Positions 49,676-60,937 of a DNA stretch of 64,000 nt are shown in pieces. The position numbers and the translations under genes are program-made. How positions within the stretch are numbered: the stretch's first letter is position 1; every line of letters begins with the position of its first letter. This stretch comes from Albugo candida. Lineage: Eukaryota. The stretch lies in NCBI GenBank assembly GCA_040437565.1, contig JBDOQK010000002.1, forward strand, positions 1 through 64,000, written 5' to 3'. A model generated the notes under the pieces. That model was not told the origin of the DNA and made no database searches. It saw only the letters and a program-made list of their open reading frames with translations.

Positions 49676-51085
49676 ATGGTCGCACATATGGAACCGGTCC
49701 CTTTGGCCGCAAAAGCGAACTCGATTGAGCGCAAAAGACGCACATTCGGTACAAAAGACTTCAATCTGATGCTATCAATCCCCAAACAGCCTCCAGAAAT
49801 CTGGTACAAGGATCAATGTGGTCGTAAAGGTACTTTCAAAATCCACGTGCAACGCGGCGATCATATTTGTTCGTTTTGTCACTCCTTTCGGAGCTTACAA
49901 GTTCAACTTTTGTATGAAAATGGGTATATTTCACAATTTCATCCAATGAAAAGGTATTCCTCTCACTTACCTTTTAGAAAACCTGTGGAGAATCAAAATA
50001 TATTGCAAGCTCAAAGCGGCAATTGCCTCAATACCGATGGCGCAAGTATTTTGGCGCTTCGTATCTCTCAAGTATCAAAGAACCACCAAAATCAGGTACC
50101 ATCAAACACGTCGATCGCAATACAAAAGCTGACTTTTCGTTAGCGATTCCGAGTGCGAATTTCGCTGCCTCCGTGTCCTTCGATCAAAATTGGATCTTCA
50201 TCAGTGATCACAAACGCAATGTTAATTTTATCGAAAAAAGTACAGAACAAAAATGCTCTATTGAATGAACTGGAATTGAAATGGATGGTTTCCCTGTAGA
50301 ACAAGCGCAAAGCGAGTGTGGAATTAACGCAAGCTGATGGGAAGCAACTGAGGCCGGACGATCGAACTGATGAAACAGTAGCTGCAAATGAATTTCTTCC
50401 ATTCAAATCGGATGAGTTGGACACATGGGAGGAACTTTCGGGAAACAATTGGGATGTTGAAGATTCTTTTTTCAAAGAACATGCACAGATCGACCTGATG
50501 TGGGCAAATGCAGCACATACTTTCCTGAAAAGGCTTCAATTCACGCTACCAGGAAAAGCGCCAGGAAAAAAATACGAGTGTCTAATATGTCGACATCAGT
50601 ATTCCGAAAACCCACATCATGATGCAAGCTGTGATCTTGGATTGTTACTAGAGCCATTGGAAAGCAGTGAAGATTCATGTAGCCTACTTCCTGCTTCTCG
50701 CATTAATTTATATGCCACCTCTCCTGTTGACGATCAATCTGAATCTCAGGTGGATGTAAATCGAAAGCATGAAAACAAAGCACAACGGTCAAGTGCAACC
50801 ATGGACGATGGTGCTTCACGCCGTAGCTTGACGAAACTCTCTGGATTCTCTGCGCTTTCACTTCCTTCTGGATGTCCGAGCTTCTCGTGTGGGCTACCAG
50901 ATCATCTCAGCGCTTTAGTTGGGGATCAGGTACTCCCTTCCAATACGTTGTTATCGATCACTCCGTCGCTGTCGAGAGAGATGTCGCCTGAAATCTTAGA
51001 GTGTTCAGAAGAGCGAACCGCTCCTCTGGAAGGTCTCAAATTCGATGCGAATATCCTCTGCTCATTGAGTGAGGTCAACCTTTAA
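49676..51085 (+). CDS. CudA-like transcription factor, 4 exons
   Basis: QPPEIWYKDQCG, VQLLYENG/KPVENQNIL, LRISQVSKNHQNQ/RFRVRI, LILSKK/NKRK, and a C-terminal CLIC...HHDASC cluster. Confidence 0.65.
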
Positions 51086-51199
51086 GAGCAATGACCAATC
51101 TTTGACAGCATTCAACAACACCACCGATGGAACAGGGGCAAAAATCAGACACAAAACTCAATTCAAACTGGCCATCACAACACGTATATATGTATAGTA

Positions 51200-52991
51200 T
51201 CAGCTCTCACGCACTTGCACCATTTGTCCCATTCCCTGGTCAGCGTGTGCAGAGACATGACAATGCGTCAACACATTTCCAACCATATGGGATCGAGGTG
51301 TGAAGCGGATGGTGAGCTCGGAATTGTATAACGGTACCGTATCTCTCCACTCTCCAATCTCATACAGCAGATCGTCCGGGTCGAATCCTTTTGTTTTTTT
51401 GATAATTTGAAAGTGTGTGCTATGAATATGAAATGGATGATTCATTTTATGGCAAGACGTCATGCTGTCTGTGCGAAGTGTTTGTGAACCTTGACAATTT
51501 TTCCCATACATTCGAACAGATAGTTGCCATTCTTGAAGCTCATCAATGATCATGGAATGGTTGACATAGTGAGGTGACATGCGCTTTCGATTAACTCCGT
51601 ATTGCATCCCTGCCATTCCTGGCATGCCAGACATTCCCGACTTGCCCTTCATGCTGCTGCTTTCATCAAACCAGATGGAAAACTCATAGTTGTATTTGTT
51701 TTGAGCTTTGACCAGCTCACTTGGATAATTCGCGCGGCTTTCCATGTACGGTGCCAGTTGAGGAAGTTTTATTGGAAGTTCCCAACCTTCAAATTCCTTG
51801 CTTGTATCGTCCTCCACAAGCAGATGCACAATTTTCTGCGTTGGTGCACGATGGGAATTCACCTTTCCGAGTAAAGTGTTTCTCGACGGATTCGATTCTG
51901 ATCCCACGAAGAACGTACCAGCTGTTGTGCATCGCAACGCGACATCGGCTCGTCCTCCAGGCGGTAGAATGACAACATCGCGGAATTTCGGCTCACCATC
52001 ACGATAGACTCCATCTCGTCCAAGTAAATGCATCTCACAACTCGGTGCGACTAGTTCCACGACATTATTGGCCAGCGCATTCAGCCATCGAAGTCGTTTC
52101 CATTCGCCTACTTTCATTGGTAATGTTGGCGAATATTGACCATTTACGTAAACATGCAGCAAGGAAGTATCATTTAATGGCGATACTCCATGAATATCAA
52201 GGTCCACATCGAATCCTGCATCCATCTCTTCCCTTTTTACTTCAGTGTATTCATTTCGTAATGCATTCACAATCGAATCGTGCTCATTTTCACAATCTTC
52301 AGCACAGATTCCCTGTAAAATCATGACCAAATCATCCATTTTCGCCAATTCTTTTGGGAAATTACCCGGTCGATCCACAACAAGAAGCGTTCCGGCCATC
52401 ATTCCTGAAATCTGTGAATTCACGATCCCTCTGCTATGCGGATGGTACCAAAACGTTCCTGGGGGATGATCTTGACGGATTCTGTAGTCATAGACGCGAT
52501 CCTTGCCGGGTTGAATATTGATTAATACATTATCGTGATTTTCTTCCGGGGATACATGCTACAGCGCATAAACATGTAAGCATCAATTTGATGAAGAGAA
52601 ATTACATAAATAGTACCATTCCGTGCACGTGAACATTGGTCCTATTTTCATGTCCTTCATCTAATTGGTTGTAAATGTGGAAGACCAATCGATCGCCGGG
52701 GCACACTTTGATCGTAGGCGCGGGTATACTTCCATTATACGTTCGCGTATTAAAGCTGACGTACGTGCTTTCGAATCGTTCCACGTCAACAACAAGTGTG
52801 ACATGAAGCTCACTAGGAGATGTTTCGAATACAACGGGTCGTTCTCGTCTACCTTTTGTGTTTTGAGAAGATGGCGTCATCAATCTCCATTGCTTTACAC
52901 AATCGGATTCTATAATCTGAGGTTGACGAAGATGTTTCAACACCTCAGCCTTGAACAGGGTTAATCGCAAGAAAAGGAGTACAAACTTCAT
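51200..52991 (-). CDS. Three-domain multicopper oxidase, putatively secreted, 2 exons
   Basis: Hydrophobic N-terminus; copper boxes HVHGM/HVSP (intron-split), WYHPH, HPFHIH and HCHVSAHADQGM. Confidence 0.93.
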
Positions 52992-53728
52992 TCAGTTAAT
53001 TTGAAAATGAGTGGAAAGTTATGCTGATCGTGCCAGTGGCATGGTACCCACAAACATTTTAGCAAAGTACAAGTGAAAACGTTGAATGACTCACAGCAAG
53101 TAATTGTAACCCGTGACACGCAACGAAATTGCTGGGAAAGGGAACGTTTATGCACTTTGTTTATCTTGATTGTTGAGCAAACTATGACAATGCGTGTTTT
53201 GATTGGTTGATATTGAGTTTGGTTACTGCTCTTTTTAATCACTGTCACCGAGTGATTCATCATGTGCTTGAAAGATATGTCGGACAAGTTTACAGCAAAA
53301 CTGAGTTCGTAATCGAGTCAAGAGTGCAGACACGTTACATGCTATGGATCCACCTTGACGTTGAATGCCATCTCATATCAATACCACATGCTTGAATAAA
53401 GTCGAAGAAAACGTGTCTAGCCCTGTTGCAGGTGACCAATCCGATATTCCAGACGCAACGTGTACAAGAGTTTTCACACTAAGTACGATTTGCTGCACTA
53501 ACTGTTATGGCGGTTATGGATCCTCTACAATTTGTCGTCGTGCCACCTGTCACGTGTTTTTCGACCAATTACCATACTTGTCACTGCATAGAGAAGTTAC
53601 AATGGCACATTTATCTCACAGTATATCATACACGTTTGTCTCTCCTCTCCACTTATTTACCATTTCGACTCGATAAATAGCGATTACGCTCCAATTCCAT
53701 GCGTCTATTCTAATCACTAGCTTATAGT

Positions 53729-55331
53729 ATGTGCATTCGATCTCTTGCAACACGGTACTGCGTCACCGTATATTATTTGGCAACACGTGTCAAGGCGCAG
53801 ACTGACATTCACACATTTGTCCCTAAATTACACACAACGTACTGCTGGGAAATAAAACGGGCGGTCGATGCAATGCTGTGGGGTAATTTTTCCTCCATTA
53901 ATGAGCAACGCCAAAGTAATGCATGTCCTATACAATTGGAACTCGGGTTGAGTCAGTCAACTGCAACGCAGCTATTTGTCGACCAGGAGATATCATTGGC
54001 GTGGACCGCAACTGTAGCTCCTCAATCGTCCGCCAATGTACCGCTTTGGTCAGGAGGAAGCACTTTATATTCCACAGATGCCTTGCAATCACTTCCTTTC
54101 GTACAGATCACCGCATCCAATTTAAAAAGTTGTAAGGGTGGCTCAGCAATTTGTAATCCATTTTTCAAAGGTGATCAATTTGAAGAGACTACGGAGCAAA
54201 AAGGGAATTTTACTNNNNNNNNNNNNNNNNNNNNNNNNNNNNNNNNNNNNNNNNNNNNNNNNNNNNNNNNNNNNNNNNNNNNNNNNNNNNNNNNNNNNNN
54301 NNNNNNNNNNNNNNCAAAAAGCTGTCTTTTCGACCAATTCCGCTTCATCCTTCAAGTTCTCTTCGCCAGGGTCCTACATAGTGTTCGCACACATTACAAT
54401 TCCAGGAAACGATCCGAAAACAACTCGATACGATTTCGTATATTACATCATTCTCGCAATACAAAATGGAATGGGTGACTATAAATCAAATGAGGACAGC
54501 CCTTCTTTCCGTTCAACTTTGGTTTCATCAAAGCGTGCTCCCAGCGAGACAGCATTTACAAGCACAATTATTGCTCTTCTTGTTATATTTGGTGTGGTTG
54601 TAGTACTACTTTTGGCCTTGATGTGTTTTCTCAAGTTCAAGATTGGAAATGACAAGGAAGCCATCGAAATAGAGCTCCAAAAGGATCGAGAAAAAATCCA
54701 TCAGGAGCGAAAAAATCTGCAAAAATTACGCAATCGCCAGCGCGACACGCGACCCGGCGCATTCCTCTCAGCGAGTCTTTTGCTGGACTGTACTCCCCCA
54801 GCTAATGATTTACCTCCTCCAGACCTGGCGTTCGTTGGAAACTCATTGACCCCGAACGCGTGCCCTTCATCGCCTACCTTTGAAGCATCTAGCGGTGATC
54901 GTGTGCCAGATGACTTGCTTCCCGCTGTGAATGCTGTGAGTGGTATCATACAACACAGTCGCGCACTTGAGAAGACAGAGGAACTTTCATCGAGTAAAGA
55001 AAGTCAAACGTCTTCATACTCTTCGGCCTTTGTGGATCCTGGCTGCATTTCGATCAAAGCCTCTCGAGAACGAGGAACAATTGATATCGGGTCGTGTATT
55101 GATAATGCACGGACACATGGATTTAATGCCGAGGAAGGAAGTTTAGGCTCGCAAAGTTTTTCGGCCGTCGAAGACCTCTTGCATGCGGGCTACTATTCGA
55201 TGGCTGACGGTACACTTACTCCAAATGAGGCAAATATTGGTAGAAAAGGTCCTCCACTGATTTTGGATGAGTTATTGGACCAACAGGATGCCAATTCCAT
55301 TAAGCGAAAGTTTCGGAAGAGTATAAGTTGA
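53729..55331 (+). CDS. Single-pass membrane protein with Cys-containing ectodomain (spans an N gap)
   Basis: Signal-like N-terminus; YCWE...CPIQL...SNLKSC...CNPF...GNF, then PGSYIVFAHI...RYDF, TM helix IIALLVIFGVVVVLLLALMCFL, and a low-complexity tail. Confidence 0.7.
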
Positions 55332-55906
55332 TCCATTGGATAACGATACCGCGTCAAGAGCGAGAAACAAAGGATTCCATCGTGCATTCTGATGGCTGAT
55401 GCACTTTACAAGGACCTGTGTCGATCAGATCAGCGTATGTCAGCGAATTTTCAGCAAACTCTCTCGCTACTGCTTCTAAGCGATTGGGTAAGCGCTGTCG
55501 TAAACGCTCGCGAGTGGCCCGAACGTCATTCTCTAGCGACGCGTGTGCGTACTNNNNNNNNNNNNNNNNNNNNNNNNNNNNNNNNNNNNNNNNNNNNNNN
55601 NNNNNNNNNNNNNNNNNNNNNNNNNNNNNNNNNNNNNNNNNNNNNNNNNNNNNGATAATGCACGGACACATGGATTTAATGCCGAGGAAGGAAGTTTAGG
55701 CTCGCAAAGTTTTTCGGCCGTCGAAGACCTCTTGCATGCGGGCTACTATTCGATGGCTGACGGTACACTTACTCCAAATGAGGCAAATATTGGTAGAAAA
55801 GGTCCTCCACTGATTTTGGATGAGTTATTGGACCAACAGGATGCCAATTCCATTAAGCGAAAGTTTCGGAAGAGTATAAGTTGATCCATTGGATAACGAT
55901 ACCGCG

Positions 55907-57853
55907 TCAAGAGCGAGAAACAAAGGATTCCATCGTGCATTCTGATGGCTGATGCACTTTACAAGGACCTGTGTCGATCAGATCAGCGTATGTCAGCGAA
56001 TTTTCAGCAAACTCTCTCGCTACTGCTTCTAAGCGATTGGGTAAGCGCTGTCGTAAACGCTCGCGAGTGGCCCGAACGTCATTCTCTAGCGACGCGTGTG
56101 CGTACTCATTTGGAAGAAGTACGGAGGGATTCTCAAATTCTGATTCTTCGTGATCGAAATTGACTTCAAAGAGACTGCAAGCCTGTCGCCACGTCGGAAT
56201 ACTTTGATACTCAATTGGCAAATAATCGTTTTCGTTTTCGTCTTCGCTGTCACTGTCACTCAAATACGCAATAGTCTCCAAGTGAGTTGCAAATGTGACT
56301 CCCTCTTCCAATTCAATGAATGGATCGCTTATGGTACTGAAACAAGCGGCCCGGTCAGTTTTTTGGTATAGCGAGTTCAGTTCGATCATAACGCTATTGG
56401 GATCGACAAACGACTGAGCAATCGACTCGGAGGGGTACAATCGATGTGTTTTGTGGATAAAAGGCGACAATGAGATTTCGTTTGATTGATCCGAAACAGC
56501 TCCAATTTGTATTTGTGCATCGAAACATTGCGTATCTTCCCGTTGTGCAATCGCTGGTGTCTCAGCAATGTCTTCTCGTAAATGGAGAAGATGCCACGGA
56601 TCCGTTTCTCGTGAGCTATCACATGTCAAAAGTGGACTCGAGCTTCGACTGTGTCCAAGAAAAACGCTCGAGTCAAAGTTATCGGCCAAGGAAAACGCAT
56701 AATTGGTCGTATCGATTGATTTCTTGCCACTACTCAATCTCACAGACGGCGTTATTTCATCCATTGCGCCTTCACGCAATCGTTTATGGCACATCAAAGG
56801 CACATAGAACGGTAACTTCTCGTGTGACATTGCATCGTCGTCTATCAGCAGCGTTCCGTTTTGTTCTGATGTTGGCAGCGATTGAAATGGACAGATGTTC
56901 AGATCGATAGTGAGCGATGGAATATCGCGAGTATCTCTGTAGCTGTCGTCATTCTCTACGATTGGGAAACTTTCAAAGCGTAGGTATCTTGCGGACTCAT
57001 TGTATCCATCTTCGTCTTCCAATTGCATTTGTGGATCGATTATCGTACTGTTAGCGCCACCGGATTTTTGGCTAATTAAAATTTCAGTAGGAAAGCAGTT
57101 TTGCTGGGATTTCTCCTCTGCAGTTGTAAGAAGACTGCTCACACTCATATAGCTCGATTTTGGACGTGGAAGGAAATCCTCCCCACTCTGTTTCCTCAAT
57201 TTTTGATCTTTGGCTTCTTTCAAACGCTTCTCGCGATTAAAGTGCTTGACATTCACGCTTCTCATCTGTCTCTGTGGTCGCGCTATCTTCAGTGAAGACA
57301 TATCGCTCAATGGTGGCATTCGATCATTCTTTTCTCCGCTCGAGCAATTAGACATCGGAACAGTGAGAGTTGGCGTCTGTGTGGAAAGAGCAATCACAGG
57401 AAATCTAATGTCACGTGCAGAGGCTCGTAAAAGCACAACAATTGTGTCGATTTTGCCTGCACGCTTGGAAGAGATCTCATGACAGTTTACACGGATGCAA
57501 TCTTCCACGCACGTGAGCTGTGTATCAGTCAATTGGAATTCAACAATTAGCTCTTCACAAAGTCCAGCAGAAACCAACTTTTTTCGGTCGACAAACGCGA
57601 CACGGAACGCTTTCGATTTTGGGATATCGTATTGAAACCGCACAGAATGCTCGCTATTATTGCACAGAACGACTCGTTTTGTGTATTTCCGATTGTATTC
57701 AAAGTGGAAATGGAGAATCGACGGCTTTGCTTGGAAATTGGAGCGGTTTACCACGTTTGTTGGGAGCAAAGTGCTGGGGCCCGGCGCTGTGTTTGAGTGT
57801 CGATGCTCCGTTTTTGGCGTCTGTGGGGAGCGATTGGAACGCGGTCGTTGCAT
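55907..57853 (-). CDS. CFAP221: CFAP221/PCDP1-like ciliary protein (N-terminal ASH-like domain), 648 aa
   Basis: FQAKPSILHF...KRVVLCNNS...LVSAGLCEELIVEF...DCIRVNC and C-terminal RERLRQRLPNRL; intact ORF. Confidence 0.65.
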   Translation of the reverse strand: MQRPRSNRSPQTPKTEHRHSNTAPGPSTLLPTNVVNRSNFQAKPSILHFHFEYNRKYTKRVVLCNNSEHSVRFQYDIPKSKAFRVAFVDRKKLVSAGLCEELIVEFQLTDTQLTCVEDCIRVNCHEISSKRAGKIDTIVVLLRASARDIRFPVIALSTQTPTLTVPMSNCSSGEKNDRMPPLSDMSSLKIARPQRQMRSVNVKHFNREKRLKEAKDQKLRKQSGEDFLPRPKSSYMSVSSLLTTAEEKSQQNCFPTEILISQKSGGANSTIIDPQMQLEDEDGYNESARYLRFESFPIVENDDSYRDTRDIPSLTIDLNICPFQSLPTSEQNGTLLIDDDAMSHEKLPFYVPLMCHKRLREGAMDEITPSVRLSSGKKSIDTTNYAFSLADNFDSSVFLGHSRSSSPLLTCDSSRETDPWHLLHLREDIAETPAIAQREDTQCFDAQIQIGAVSDQSNEISLSPFIHKTHRLYPSESIAQSFVDPNSVMIELNSLYQKTDRAACFSTISDPFIELEEGVTFATHLETIAYLSDSDSEDENENDYLPIEYQSIPTWRQACSLFEVNFDHEESEFENPSVLLPNEYAHASLENDVRATRERLRQRLPNRLEAVAREFAENSLTYADLIDTGPCKVHQPSECTMESFVSRS

Positions 57854-58043
57854 GATGCATACTGATAGCGCGGGAATAGTATTGCCAGTCGTCTTGTGGA
57901 TCTTTTGTCTGCTGTGCGCTTAAAAAGGATTCATAATCGACGCATTTGTGACGCTTCGAGAAGTGTACCAGTTTTATGGCACATTCCAGCGTACTGCACG
58001 GATGGATATCCTGTGTGAATGCATCCTTTTTATTTTCTGATAT

Positions 58044-59510
58044 TTAGACAGCTAGTGCTTTCATTCGTGTGTCCAGCTTCTCAGTATTGGCCTGGAAGAG
58101 TTCAGCATTCGCTACTAGTGATTGCTGCATCTACAGAAGACATTAAAAGGTGATATGGGATGACATGGGCAAGTTGGAAAGGCATACATTCTGTAAAAGC
58201 TGTGAATCTCGTACAAGCAATTCTTCGATGGCAATATTGGTCTCCTCGACCCGGTCCAAGCGTTGAGACCAATCCATCGATTCTTCATGGAAATCCTTTA
58301 GCGTCGAAAGTCGTTCAACAAGCGATGGAACCATGCAGGCAACGTCCTCGACGCTTTGCAGTTTTTCATACAACTGATCCAACATATGATTCTCATCACG
58401 CGAACTCTTTGAAATGTGGCTTGCGGATGATTCCTTCAATTTGCTCAAGAGTGTAAATTCATGGACTAACGCGTTAGTTCGAACTTTGATAGCATCTAAA
58501 TTTGTCTCGTTAAGTAATGCAACTCTTCTTTCCATCTTTGTGACCACAGATACGAGATCGTTTCCTCCCATGCTTTCGAGCCCATCCCCATCTAATCGCC
58601 CTTGACTATTGTAAAAGCTCCCAACCATCCGCTCTAAAGCTGCAATTCTCTTTTCGAGTACGACGACTCTCTGTTTCGTCTCTCTTTCACTAGAGTCGAG
58701 CTCACCAGTATGATAAATCTCATAAACCATGTTTGGACCTGATTCTATCTGAGTCGTTTCCTCCAATTGATGCTTCTTGAATTCTTCGATTTCGTTCAAT
58801 AACTTTGCACTCAGCTTATTCATTGACATACTTTGATCCGTGCTCAATTGTGTCTGATAGTCGTGAAGATACGGCTGATAGGAATCATTCTTCTGCATTG
58901 CCGCCAAATTCTGCTTCAAGCTGTTGACGCCTTTGATAACGTATTCCATTTCAGCTATTTGCGCAATATCGCGTGTGTCTGCTGTGACATTTGTATGTGT
59001 GTTTTCTTTTGATAAAAGGATCAGATCTTCTTCTAATGCATTCGCTTCCATCATTAATCGAGTGTATCTTTCAATCGGTGACTCGAATACAGCGCTCTTT
59101 TGTGTTTGTGTGTTGTCTTTTAGAGCTCCTTTGGCTTCATACGCTTCGGAATGATTTGGGTCTACGAGTTACGGTCAGGTAACGGGGTAGTGGGAAGGAC
59201 ATGAAGACGCGCACTGTATATTTTCCCCATGAACGCTTCGAATGCTTGAACTGGTGCAAGCACACTTTCATCTACTTCGACATTTGCCTATGTTTGTAAT
59301 ATAGTGTAAAATGACGATTATAATTACACAAGACAGAAGTACTGTGACCTTGTCGAGAAACCCTTTTGTATCGTCTTGATATCGTCCTGAATAACCGATA
59401 TCTCTCTCGATTGCATGTATGGATGAAGAAGAGACGGGAGTGTAAGGTTGAAAGGTTGCTTCCTGATCCGGAGTCTCAAACACTTCATTCTGCGGTGCTG
59501 TTTCGCTCAT
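58044..59510 (-). CDS. DCTN2: Dynactin subunit 2 (dynamitin/p50), multi-exon
   Basis: NEVFETPD, ESPIERYTRL, LEKRIAALERMVG, VPSLVERLSTLKDFHEE and last exon NTEKLDTRMKALAV*. Confidence 0.88.
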
Positions 59511-59849
59511 CCAGATCGAGGGAATATACAATCTTCGGATTGGTAGGAATGAAATATATTTGTCGAATCAAATCTTGTCAAACATCTGAGCGCAAAATGG
59601 CAATCGACATACGCCTAGGATTCTAACAAAGCCTAAAGACGGATTCTTTCGAGTGCGATGAAAGGCATAGAACCTAACCCGGAAAAACTGTGAATAAAAT
59701 TCTTCATATCGTAGAAGACAATAGAAGATAAAGCATGCAAACGACACGCACGAATGACTAGATGATTATTATAATAGATTGAGAACTTTGCATCCTGCTA
59801 AAATGGTGTGCCACATTGCTTTCGGCTAATTGGTTGGCACGTGAAGGTC

Positions 59850-60695
59850 ATGCAACGACCCTCTATTGGAATTCTCTGTCTTTTCGCGGTGATTTACTGC
59901 GCTACATTTGGGAAATCCCATAACAATTCAATAACCTTCATTGAAGAAGTAGATGCGCACAAAGGTGTTGGTATCTCATTTCGATCAGACTACCTATCAG
60001 GCTGCGCATTATGCCAGCAAACAGGCGATTGTGATAATGCATTTCGTGGACGTCCTGGGCAATTTTGTCATACACTAGTCTCCGGACGACCCTGTTGCTG
60101 CCCGGTGGACTCGGAATGTACCGATAACGTGTACAACTGTCGCTGCAGAAGAGTGTCATATCAGCAAGTGTATCCTCATCAAGCAACAACACCAACAGTG
60201 GTACAAGCTCCCCAGAAGCATCACGGATGGTCAATTTGGACAATACTTTTCATGTTCTTTCTGATATTCGGCTGCTGCTACTGTCTATGTTCCTGCGCTC
60301 GACCCAATAATGAATACGAAAGGGTCGAATCCACTGGGCCGTATCCCCCACCGCAATATGGAACGTACAATGAACCAAATGTGACTGGAGTTTACGCAAC
60401 ACCAGTTCCAGCAGCACCGGGGTATGCTCCGCAAGTCGTTCAGAATTCGGGAGGGTACGGCTCCCTTGCGTCAGGTGCGGTGGGTGCAGCTACCGGTTTC
60501 GCGACAGGAATGATGGTGGATTCAGCGCTTCGAGGTCGGGAAAATCGGGAACCAGCTCCAGTTCAAGCAACAACGGCACCGTCCTGTACAGAGTTCAGTG
60601 GTGATACTGGTGGAGACGACTTTACTGGGGATACCGGCGGTGACGACTTTACTGGCGATACCGGTGGAGACGACAGTTTTGCGGGCGATTCCTAA
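59850..60695 (+). CDS. Cys-rich single-pass membrane protein with Pro/Tyr/Gly-rich tail
   Basis: Signal peptide, CALCQQTGDC...PGQFC...CCCP...CRC ectodomain, TM helix, PPPQY, and C-terminal F[ST]GDTGGDD repeats. Confidence 0.8.
   Translation: MQRPSIGILCLFAVIYCATFGKSHNNSITFIEEVDAHKGVGISFRSDYLSGCALCQQTGDCDNAFRGRPGQFCHTLVSGRPCCCPVDSECTDNVYNCRCRRVSYQQVYPHQATTPTVVQAPQKHHGWSIWTILFMFFLIFGCCYCLCSCARPNNEYERVESTGPYPPPQYGTYNEPNVTGVYATPVPAAPGYAPQVVQNSGGYGSLASGAVGAATGFATGMMVDSALRGRENREPAPVQATTAPSCTEFSGDTGGDDFTGDTGGDDFTGDTGGDDSFAGDS
60593..60692 (+). repeat. 27-bp coding tandem repeat (FxGDTGGDD, ~3.5 copies)
   Basis: FSGDTGGDD FTGDTGGDD FTGDTGGDD SFAGDS with synonymous differences between units. Confidence 0.9.
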
Positions 60696-60937
60696 CTTCA
60701 ACTTCAAGATTGGAAAATGGCGACAATCATTCTTTATTTCTCGTAGCTTTAAAAAGTAACCCTTTATGAGGCGTTAAAGCCTTTATGTCATCGTAATATG
60801 TATATCGCTGATCCCTTCTACACGTGTCATACAGTCATCAGAATGTCATGTCGTGCTGTTCATTCACACTAGATCCCTTGTCATAATCGTATTATATCGT
60901 CCAACGACAATTGTCTTATTCTCCTTCACATACAAAA

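Noticed and set aside
55101..56106. 453-bp direct repeat duplicating two gene ends
   Set aside because: It flanks the N gap at 55554-55653; an assembly overlap.
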